Shown here piece after piece: positions 42,610-50,307 of a stretch of 64,000 nucleotides of DNA. Under the pieces are notes generated by a model that saw only the letters and a list, made by a program, of their open reading frames with translations, ran no database searches and was not told where the DNA came from. The first letter of the stretch is position 1; each line of letters starts with the position of its first letter. Position numbers and translations under genes: made by a program. Where the stretch lies: the sequence record SRR20825019_2198; one strand, written 5' to 3'.

Positions 42610-42772
42610 CGCAACTTGCGCAAGAAAACCCTACGGGGGGTTCGATAATTCCAAGTAAGTTTTCATCGTTGACGCTTTCCTTTGGTCCGTTTTCGAGCAT
42701 GATCAAAAAGGTGAATAATCTCGTGTCCTGCAGAGCAATTCCCGTCACAGCGACCACACGAAGAGCCGAGCA

Positions 42773-44491
42773 CTATTCGCCTTTACCTCGCTTTTTGGCG
42801 AGTTGCCCAAGCACATCATCAAACTTGTCGCTCCACTCGGCCTCAACATCAAGCGCAACGGCATAAGGCAGCAGAGCCTCATAATGCTCTGGCGTACGCT
42901 CTGGTGGATTATGGAAATTGAGCCGCTCTTTCCCCGCCACGCTCATATAAAGCTTCAGCCCCTCAATCTCATCCAGCATCTGACGGCCAAATTTTGTGCG
43001 TGCGGGTATGAGCACAGCAAAGATGATGGTGAGCAGAAGCTCGAGCACACAGAATACCAGCATATAGGGCAGGAACCTTATTTCATGCTCCGCCAATACC
43101 ATCGATGTAAGCATCATAAGTGTGCTTGAAAACCCGGCGTTTGCCTCACGGATGGGCACTTTCAGGTGTTTCTCTCCAAAAAAACAATAAACGGCAACCA
43201 GACAAATGGTCACCAGTGCCCAAGTAAGCCAGTAAGATGCCGCCGCCATAGACCACAGACTGAAAAGTGCCACAAGCGCGATGGTTATTTGCACATCGTA
43301 GTTGTGGAGGAAATATTTGTTCCCCCTGCGCCGAACAACGGCAAAAAACCTATTTAGCTTTGGTATGAACGTCCTGTCATACTCACCACCAATTTTTGTA
43401 GAATCATCGACCTCAAAAAATTCCCGCGCGATAATAGCTTCATCCGACGTAAGCTTGACGGTATCAACTCTCTCGCCCACGCGCTTGAGCGCAATGATAT
43501 CGTCAGTTTCCTCAATAGTGATCAGCCCTTTGGCAACCATCGAGATGACCGCCGCGGTGAACACGGTCGCGTCCGCGCTCATGCGGCTCACGAACCGGCA
43601 CACGGCGGGCGACAGAGGGGTGCCATCATCAGCAATCGGCGCGCTATACCGCGCAATAACGACACCGGCTTTTGGGCCTCTGCCCACAGCGCGCCAAACT
43701 TTGACGCCATAGAGGAAGGTTATAAGCACCCCAAGCGCACCGACCAGCATCCAACCATTATCACTAATGACCTGCACGGCTTTATCTTCTGTAGTCGGTC
43801 GTGTAACAACACCGGCTTGCCACTCTAGTAGCACCGTAAGATCAGCCCCCGGACCAAGTCGACCGTCAGTATGCACCTGAAGTTGGTGAGGTGCTAATGA
43901 GCGTAGCGTTGCATCGCTTGCTCTTGAACCGTTACGTCCTGTGTACGCCGCCGTGCGCGTCATCTTTGCGCCTTCCGGTAGTGTAATTATCGCGCTTGCG
44001 CTATCGATCGCAACGTCCCAACCATTGCCAGTAATGTTGAAGTATAGCTCATCGGTTTTCGGCAGATGAGTAAGCTGACGTGTGATCTCATATGTGATTT
44101 TATATGTGTACTCACCGCGCCTAACCATACTGTATGGGTAGCTAATGTGCAGACGCCAGCCGTTTGTTTGTCGCTCCATGGTGTAGGGTGTATGATTGCC
44201 ATCAAGCCTGACATTTTTCACCTTAAAATTGAAATCGACTTTGTTACCAACCCAGTCTTCATAGCGGGTGGTGAAATCCCGAAAAAAGCTATGCCTACTA
44301 GTGCGGTCGTGTGCCACATTCACCGTAATACGCTCAATAACCTCAAGCGCGCCGTCTGTTCGCACGGTAATATCGCTACGAAACCGACTGACAGTTTCGG
44401 CAGCTACAGTCGGCGCGGTGCTTGCAAACGTAGCAAGCCCCATGAGTACAGCAATCAGCGCTCGAGCGTGCAGCTTGCCGATCTGTCTCAT
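42773..44491 (-). CDS. DUF2207-family membrane protein, copy B (lacks the Gly-rich tail)
   Basis: Collinear paralog of 40705-42609 sharing DELYFNITGNGW and NFHNPPERTPEHYEALLPYA. Confidence 0.85.
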   Translation of the reverse strand: MRQIGKLHARALIAVLMGLATFASTAPTVAAETVSRFRSDITVRTDGALEVIERITVNVAHDRTSRHSFFRDFTTRYEDWVGNKVDFNFKVKNVRLDGNHTPYTMERQTNGWRLHISYPYSMVRRGEYTYKITYEITRQLTHLPKTDELYFNITGNGWDVAIDSASAIITLPEGAKMTRTAAYTGRNGSRASDATLRSLAPHQLQVHTDGRLGPGADLTVLLEWQAGVVTRPTTEDKAVQVISDNGWMLVGALGVLITFLYGVKVWRAVGRGPKAGVVIARYSAPIADDGTPLSPAVCRFVSRMSADATVFTAAVISMVAKGLITIEETDDIIALKRVGERVDTVKLTSDEAIIAREFFEVDDSTKIGGEYDRTFIPKLNRFFAVVRRRGNKYFLHNYDVQITIALVALFSLWSMAAASYWLTWALVTICLVAVYCFFGEKHLKVPIREANAGFSSTLMMLTSMVLAEHEIRFLPYMLVFCVLELLLTIIFAVLIPARTKFGRQMLDEIEGLKLYMSVAGKERLNFHNPPERTPEHYEALLPYAVALDVEAEWSDKFDDVLGQLAKKRGKGE

Positions 44492-44545
44492 AAGTTTCCC
44501 CTCAATTGCGAATTTGCCAAAACTCGCATCCGCATACTGAGGCAG

Positions 44546-45112
44546 CTAGAACTCAACCTTGGGGGCTTGTTGCACGGCGATGTGCTCATTCTCTTCCAGC
44601 TCAAAAAACTCTGATAGGGTAAAGCCAAACATGCCTGCGATAATGTTGGAAGGGAACTCCTGCACCGCTGTGTTCAGCTCACGCACGTTGCCGTTATAAA
44701 AACGCCGAGCCTTCTGGATATGGTCTTCAAGGGCGGCAAGCTCTGCGGACAGATTGTTGAAATTGGTGTTGGCTTTCAGGTCCGGGTAGGCTTCGGAAAG
44801 CGCGATCAACTTGCCAAGCGCCTGGCTGAAGATATTCTCATTCGCGGCCTGCTCGTCCGGGCTGCCATTGCTCGCAACCGCTGCGTTGCGGGCATTGATC
44901 ACGCCGGTGAGGGTTTCTTTCTCATGCGCGGCGTAACCTTTCACGGTTTCAACCAGATTGGGCACAAGGTCGTACCGGCGTTTCATTTGCACGGTGATGT
45001 CGGACCAGGCTTCGTTCTTGCGCACACGAAGGCCCACAAGCTTGTTGTAGATCGCAATACTGTAAATAAGCACAAGGGCGACAAGGCCCAGAATGATGTA
45101 AATCGCTGTCAT
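44546..45112 (-). CDS. lemA: LemA family protein
   Basis: N-terminal TM, YNKLV, AWSDI.VQMKRRYDLVPNLVETVKGYA.HE, EAYPDLKA, FPSNIIA. Confidence 0.95.
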   Translation of the reverse strand: MTAIYIILGLVALVLIYSIAIYNKLVGLRVRKNEAWSDITVQMKRRYDLVPNLVETVKGYAAHEKETLTGVINARNAAVASNGSPDEQAANENIFSQALGKLIALSEAYPDLKANTNFNNLSAELAALEDHIQKARRFYNGNVRELNTAVQEFPSNIIAGMFGFTLSEFFELEENEHIAVQQAPKVEF

Positions 45113-45152
45113 AATATCCCCCATCTATTGGCCGCTGGCGCGGCAGTGTGGC

Positions 45153-45779
45153 CTACCGCTCAGATAACGCGAGCTTGAGGGCCAACCCTAAAAATATGGT
45201 GCCTGCAACGCGGTTCATCAAGACCTGCGCCTTTGGTGAGTTCGACAGCCGCGCCCCAATTTGCCCCGCCATAAGCGCGATGGACGAGAACACAATAATC
45301 GTAACAACAAAGAAAAGCGTGGCCAGCGCAAGCATTTGCGCCGCCGTATTTCCAGCGCCCGCATCAACAAATTGCGGCAGAAAAGCGAGGAAAAATATGG
45401 ACACTTTCGGGTTCGTAACGTTCATGATAATACCGCGCCGATAATATTGGCCGAGACTTGTGGCTTTACTCTCTGTCGCCTCGATCGCTTCCGGTTTTGC
45501 GCGGAATGCCCCGATAGCGAGATACACAAGGTAAGCCGCGCCAACAATCTTGAGCGCCGTGAACGCAAGCTCGGATACAGCAATGAGTGCGGCAAGGCCC
45601 AGCACAACAGCGGCTGTGTGCACAACAAGCCCGGTGGCCAAGCCAAAGGTGACAGCAATCCCCGCCTTGGGGCCTTTAAGCGCGCTTTGCGTGAGCACAA
45701 AAATATTATCCGGCCCAGGCGCAAAAGCCAGCACCACAGACGCCAGTGTAAACGCCACCACCGTATCAACTGAAAGCAT
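45153..45779 (-). CDS. LysE/RhtB-family exporter
   Basis: APGPDNIFV, GAAYLVYL, NVTNPKVSIFFLAFLPQF. Confidence 0.93.
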   Translation of the reverse strand: MLSVDTVVAFTLASVVLAFAPGPDNIFVLTQSALKGPKAGIAVTFGLATGLVVHTAAVVLGLAALIAVSELAFTALKIVGAAYLVYLAIGAFRAKPEAIEATESKATSLGQYYRRGIIMNVTNPKVSIFFLAFLPQFVDAGAGNTAAQMLALATLFFVVTIIVFSSIALMAGQIGARLSNSPKAQVLMNRVAGTIFLGLALKLALSER

Positions 45780-45943
45780 AAAATCCCCCGCACTGCATCA
45801 CCATATGACGCCAGAATACAGCGCGGGAAGCAGCCGTCCATATATTATGAGAATTCCGGTAAGCTTGACGGGGATGCCAAAATCACGCAGCACCACAAAG
45901 CGGCAGAATAGCCGCTGAATTAATACCGCCAATATGCCTGGTC

Positions 45944-46054
45944 TCAGTGACCTGAAAGATAGAAAGCCACGGAAAACAACAGGCTGACCGCAAGCGCCCA
46001 CAAAACAGTGGGATACCGCAGCTTCAGATCATGAGATCTTGTCTGTTCAGTCAT
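45944..46054 (-). CDS. Unannotated 36-aa single-TM peptide or decayed membrane-protein gene
   Basis: MTEQTRSHDLKLRYPTVLWALAVSLLFSVAFYLSGH* follows a GGGGGCGAG RBS-like sequence. Confidence 0.35.
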   Translation of the reverse strand: MTEQTRSHDLKLRYPTVLWALAVSLLFSVAFYLSGH

Positions 46055-46251
46055 ATACTCGCCCCCAAAGCGTGTAATGGAACACAATATTTACACCAAT
46101 TAAGTGTAGTATACAAGAAATGGTGTTTTACCTTGCTTCGCGGAGCGAAAGGAAAGCGGAAGCCGGGCGCAAATAGAGATGCAGACCAGCGGCATAAATC
46201 GGCCAGTTTCACTTTATAAAAGAGGGAAAGGTGGGAAAGCTTGGCAGCCGC

Positions 46252-46467
46252 TCAGGCTTCTTCTTCGTCCAGTGTGTCTATGGGGCGCGAATCGGTCATC
46301 GCCCACTTCAGGAAGCTTCCGATAATGAGGAAAAGGCACACACCAAACATACCACCAGCCACGGCCAGAAACACACCACAGCCAATAAACAGCAGTGCCA
46401 CCATGACTTTGAGAAAAGCGTCACAGCTCCAGTCGAGCCAATTAAACAGGCGGTTGATCATCCCCAT
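46252..46467 (-). CDS. Small two-TM hypothetical protein (71 aa)
   Basis: GGAGG RBS before ATG 46467; hydrophobic hairpin and acidic tail. Confidence 0.6.
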   Translation of the reverse strand: MGMINRLFNWLDWSCDAFLKVMVALLFIGCGVFLAVAGGMFGVCLFLIIGSFLKWAMTDSRPIDTLDEEEA

Positions 46468-46501
46468 ATCCTCCGGTCGGGGATCATACCGATATTGACG
46501 C

Positions 46502-46533
46502 AAAAAAAAAGCCCCACGGTTGTCCGTGGGGCT
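46502..46533 (-). terminator. Intrinsic terminator ending the three-gene operon
   Basis: Minus strand AGCCCCACGG-ACAA-CCGTGGGGCT followed by a T run. Confidence 0.88.
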
Positions 46534-46680
46534 GAGGGGCGCACCGCGTAAGGGGAGATGCGGTGCTTAGGGTAAGGAACAAGGTGAGATTCCTTTGGCA
46601 AAACTATTTGTGTTCAGGCCGTCTATGTTCAGGCCAGAGGGACGATGTCAGCTCCCCCCCCAAAGCCCGAACGGGAGCTG

Positions 46681-46926
46681 TTACACGCGGGCAAGTGCGC
46701 CTTGCGCCTGGCGCCAGCCAGCGACAATCACCGTGTCACCCGTGTGGTCGAAAATATCCGCGTCAAGATCAAGAAGCGTGGATGCACCTGTGCTCGCATG
46801 CGGGAACTCAACGGTGTAAACCCGTTTGCGTAGCTTGTTGATGCCAATGATCGCACCGGTCGCGCCTTTTTTAAGGCCGAACTGGCTTTCATCTCGCGGC
46901 AACATCACATCATGAAACTTATGCAT
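46681..46926 (-). CDS. DUF4926-like small protein
   Basis: HDVMLPRD..FGLKKGATGAII...YTVEF pattern recalled for DUF4926. GAGGAG RBS; start overlaps the upstream stop. Confidence 0.65.
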   Translation of the reverse strand: MHKFHDVMLPRDESQFGLKKGATGAIIGINKLRKRVYTVEFPHASTGASTLLDLDADIFDHTGDTVIVAGWRQAQGALARV

Positions 46927-47389
46927 CTCTGGTCTCCTCAAGCGTATTATTTGTTGTTTGTGTCAGGTCATGAAAATCAACGTCCAGCGTAATCCCAAGC
47001 GCCGCCATGCGTTTCATCTGCTTTGGCGTTAGCGTGAGCGCGGGCACTGCTTTGTGCGCATAGGCCTCAACAGTGACCCAGGCGTTTTTCGCCCATTTGC
47101 GCACTGGCTCTTCGCGGCCTTCAAGCTGGCCAAGAAGCGCATCAATCTGCGCAGATAGCGGTGTGTTTTCTGCCGCCAGGCCCGAATGCAGAACCCACAG
47201 GTTCTTGGTGGAAAGCGGGCCGAAATCTTCCGCGAAGCTTTCCACGCCCGAGGCGCATTCCTGCTCGCCCTTGCGGCTCACCCGGCTGGGGAAAAGACCA
47301 AGCGACTTGGTCACCGCGTCAGGGGAGCTTTCAAGGCTGTTAATGCGCAGGCTTGTATAAATCTCAAAATCTGGTGCTGGATGATTCAT
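46919..47389 (-). CDS. DUF4279-like protein
   Basis: SLRI....PDAVTKSLGLFPSRVSRKGE...WVLHS...LGITLDVDF pattern recalled for DUF4279. AAGGAG RBS. Confidence 0.7.
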   Translation of the reverse strand: MNHPAPDFEIYTSLRINSLESSPDAVTKSLGLFPSRVSRKGEQECASGVESFAEDFGPLSTKNLWVLHSGLAAENTPLSAQIDALLGQLEGREEPVRKWAKNAWVTVEAYAHKAVPALTLTPKQMKRMAALGITLDVDFHDLTQTTNNTLEETRDA

Positions 47390-47411
47390 GATCCTGTCTC
47401 CTTCATCTGCC

Positions 47412-47900
47412 CTAAGCGGCTTTATAAAAACGTCGTTTGGGGGAGTAGGAGAGCACGTCCCGCTCACCATGCTTGAAAAGCATGAAGAGGTCTGCGTCCG
47501 CATCAAACCCATAGAAATCAGGGTCGATGTTGAGCGTGAACCCGCCAGTGAAGGTCAGCTCGAAACAGTCATCCGTTTCATCGTAGGCGATGCTTGTGAG
47601 TGTTTCGCCTTCAAGCTTGTTGAGGATATGATTGGCGCGGGCATTGTCGCTCTCGCGGCGCCACAAAAGCCGCGACTGATCGAGGTAAAGATCCCAATCG
47701 CAACTATAAACCCACAAGTGCCATTCCCATTGCGGTTCACCGGTCACCGCATCATCCGCGCGGGGTTGCCCGAGGTCGAGCGTAATAAAGCCGCCAAAGC
47801 CCCGCCGCGCGCGGGCCACCTTCAGCGGCAGGCTCTCTCGGAAGCTGTTGTACCTTTCTTCGCCGGTCTCACCCGGCCTTAATGTGTATATGGCTGACAT
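47412..47900 (-). CDS. Hypothetical acidic/aromatic protein, immunity-protein-like
   Basis: 162 aa with G.FITLDLG...EWHLWVYSCDW...LTF..GF.L motifs. AAGGA RBS. Confidence 0.7.
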   Translation of the reverse strand: MSAIYTLRPGETGEERYNSFRESLPLKVARARRGFGGFITLDLGQPRADDAVTGEPQWEWHLWVYSCDWDLYLDQSRLLWRRESDNARANHILNKLEGETLTSIAYDETDDCFELTFTGGFTLNIDPDFYGFDADADLFMLFKHGERDVLSYSPKRRFYKAA

Positions 47901-48169
47901 CGTTTTATCCTTTAGCCCTAGGGTCTCATTTTAGTTCGGCAGTATTTCAAAGCTCTTTCACTGCCGGTTCTCTCTCAGTTTTCTCACGTGAAGCGGCTTT
48001 CCGCCTCCTCTACCCCGTTCCTGTTCCCCCGCGCCTTCGGGCTTTTGCCTTCAACTTGACCCGGGGGAACCATACCAGGGGGTTATTTCGTCCTCGCTTT
48101 TCTTCTCACTCAAAACTTGCCGTACTCGGGTTGGTGTCTCATCGTTTTTCGGTACTGCGTTTGGCCATG

Positions 48170-48208
48170 AAAAAACCCCTCCGGGGCGCTGCTCCGGAGG
48201 GGTTTTTT
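48170..48208 (-). terminator. Attenuator terminator in the 5' leader
   Basis: AAAAAACCCCTCCGG-N9-CCGGAGGGGTTTTTT, about 270 nt upstream of the first gene. Confidence 0.85.
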
Positions 48209-48238
48209 GAACCTTCGATCTCTTTTTGGCGTTTCGCC

Positions 48239-48340
48239 TTAGAGTATCTCCCCCTCTGGAACAGCAAGCATCTGACGGACGCAAATAAATTTCGCGCCTT
48301 TCACGGATGCTGCGGTTGTTAGGTTCCAAAGGGTATACAT
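48239..48340 (-). CDS. Putative 33-aa leader peptide MYTLWNLTTAASVKGAKFICVRQMLAVPEGEIL
   Basis: ATG 48340 with TAGGA about 10 nt upstream; TAA at 48241-48239. Overlaps the alternative helices. Confidence 0.6.
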   Translation of the reverse strand: MYTLWNLTTAASVKGAKFICVRQMLAVPEGEIL

Positions 48341-48387
48341 CGGTCTCAAATCCTAAGTCGGCCCACCTCGGGCCTGTTATGATCAGA

Positions 48388-48416
48388 GAATTACGGAAGG
48401 CACACGCAACTGTCAA
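48388..48416 (-). promoter_or_regulatory. Sigma70-type promoter
   Basis: TTGACA (48416-48411), 17-nt spacer, TAATTC (48393-48388). Confidence 0.6.
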
Positions 48417-48593
48417 CAAGAATTATGCGCCTTTATATAATTTTATTTCAAGCATCGGACACAAAAGGAAAAATCACGCTACCAAAAGGTCAGGATTGCC
48501 TAAAAAATGTGAATTCTCCTTCTCGACTCTTGATGCGCAGCTGCTCATGCAGGTGTATACTGTACGCTCAGATTCACAACCGTTTGGATCAGC

Positions 48594-49376
48594 ATGCGCA
48601 CATGGACGCTTTCGCTCGCACTCTCTCTGCTTCTGCTTTCCGCAGCGCCGCAAGCCTGTGCCGATAGTGCCAAAACCGACCGCCACCATATCTTCGCGAC
48701 AGATTGGGGTCTCACGCTGAAATCTGACGGCACTGGTTTCTATAACGACCTCGCGCAGTTGCTGTTCACCACCGACATGGGTGCGATTGATTATGAAATC
48801 CTGCCCTACAGGCGGGCAAAGCGGCATTTCTTTGAGGAGTTTGGCTCCTGCCTTTACCCCAGCTCCACCGAGTATCTGACCGCAACGGGAGACATTCAGG
48901 CAGCGGATAGCTTTATTGGAAGCCGCAGCGTTCTCAGCAACAAGATCCACATTTTCAGCAGGCATGGCACAATGCCCCCCGCGAACTATAGCCTGCTGAA
49001 GGACAAACGCATTGCCTATGCCATGGGGTCGCGCATCCCCTTTGCGCTTGAAGGCACCAACGCCTTTTTCATTGCGGTCGCGGATGAGGTAGACAAAGCA
49101 GAGATGCTGCTTTCCGGCCGGGTCGATATGATCTCTGCTGCCATGCCTGATGTGAAATTCGTGTTCGACAGCCTGGGCGTACCGCTCGCCCCCTATGATG
49201 AAACGCTGGTGGTTGCTGGTTCCGGCATCGGTCTTGTGTGCCATAACTCTCGGGAGAATGTGCTGTTTCTCACGTCCTTCGAGGCCCGGCTTGAGAAACT
49301 TCTCAAATCGGGGGAGTTGCAAGCTTTTCTCAGAAGTCAGGGGCTTAACCCCAGTGACTATCTGAAAAAGCCATAA
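48594..49376 (+). CDS. Periplasmic solute-binding-like protein (family 3-like), paralog 1
   Basis: Signal peptide; WGLTLKSDGTGFYND, PYRRA, MLLSGRVD. Confidence 0.7.
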   Translation: MRTWTLSLALSLLLLSAAPQACADSAKTDRHHIFATDWGLTLKSDGTGFYNDLAQLLFTTDMGAIDYEILPYRRAKRHFFEEFGSCLYPSSTEYLTATGDIQAADSFIGSRSVLSNKIHIFSRHGTMPPANYSLLKDKRIAYAMGSRIPFALEGTNAFFIAVADEVDKAEMLLSGRVDMISAAMPDVKFVFDSLGVPLAPYDETLVVAGSGIGLVCHNSRENVLFLTSFEARLEKLLKSGELQAFLRSQGLNPSDYLKKP

Positions 49377-49515
49377 CCCTACCCCGCACATCCTAACCAA
49401 ATTTTAAGCTCAGGTGCCTACCGTGTGCCCATGGGCGAGGCAAAACCGCCCGCACGACCTTTGGGGGTCTGGCTTATTTTTCGCTCAAACAGCAGCCGAG
49501 CGCATGGAGAAGTTG

Positions 49516-50307
49516 ATGCTGAGGCATTTCCTCGCAACCCTTATGGTCAGCCTTGTACCCGTGATACCGACTGGTTCAGCCCGCGCGCATGACGACGCGC
49601 TGACCCCGCATATCTATGCCACCAGTTGGGGCCTTACTTTGAGCGCGGATGGCAGCGGCTTTTATAACGACTTCGCCCGTTTCACCCTCGGGCCCGAGGA
49701 AACTCTCGACCACTATTACGCCTACCCCTACAAACGCGCCATGCGGCACTTTGAGGAAGAGAATAACGCCTGCATCTACCCCAAAAGTATAACTGCACTT
49801 CAGCGCACCAGCGCGGTGCCCAAAAACGCGAAGCTTATTGAGAGCGAAGCCATGATGCGTTCGCCCCTACGGGTCTTCACGCCACCTGGCACCAACCCTG
49901 TACGCAACGAATATGACCTCCACGGCATGAGCATCGCGTACGCGCTGGGGTCAAACCTTTCCAAAACCATCAAGGCATATGGCAGCCGGTTTGCTGCCAT
50001 CGCTGATGAAACCGACAAAGCCAAAATGCTTTTGGGTGGCAATGTCGACGCCATGCTCGCAAACATGCCGGACGCATATTTTGTCTTCCAGCAGCTAGAG
50101 GTTCCCTTACCGCCAAATGACCCGGCATACATCCCTGTGCCTGCCGCTCATGCGCGCATCGTTTGTCATGACACCGAGGAAAACCGTGCGTTTATCACCC
50201 GGCTAAACCAGCGCATAGAAATGCTTGTGAAAGACGGCGAGATGGCTGCCTTTCTGAAGGCTCAGGGCTTGAACGCGGAAGAATACTTGCCACCTATGGA
50301 GCGCTAG
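49516..50307 (+). CDS. Periplasmic solute-binding-like protein (family 3-like), paralog 2
   Basis: Signal peptide; WGLTLSADGSGFYND, PYKRA, MLLGGNVD; collinear with paralog 1. Confidence 0.7.
   Translation: MLRHFLATLMVSLVPVIPTGSARAHDDALTPHIYATSWGLTLSADGSGFYNDFARFTLGPEETLDHYYAYPYKRAMRHFEEENNACIYPKSITALQRTSAVPKNAKLIESEAMMRSPLRVFTPPGTNPVRNEYDLHGMSIAYALGSNLSKTIKAYGSRFAAIADETDKAKMLLGGNVDAMLANMPDAYFVFQQLEVPLPPNDPAYIPVPAAHARIVCHDTEENRAFITRLNQRIEMLVKDGEMAAFLKAQGLNAEEYLPPMER

Noticed and set aside
47930-48170. Lysine riboswitch, hammerhead or tRNA/Y-RNA-like element
   Set aside because: Only fragments match (AGAGG, GCCGAA, GATGAG..GAAA). There is no CUGAUGA core, no T-loop GTTCRA, and the spacing is wrong.
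48320-48350. TPP riboswitch (TGAGA...ATACCCTTTGGAACCT resembles the core)
   Set aside because: The following GAUC/UAAUGC/GUAGG elements are absent, no thiamine genes follow, and the segment pairs better as the attenuator helix.
48051-48419. 122-aa minus-strand ORF from the track
   Set aside because: Its TTG start lies at the predicted -35 box with no RBS, and it runs through the terminator. The 33-aa ORF in another frame is better supported.
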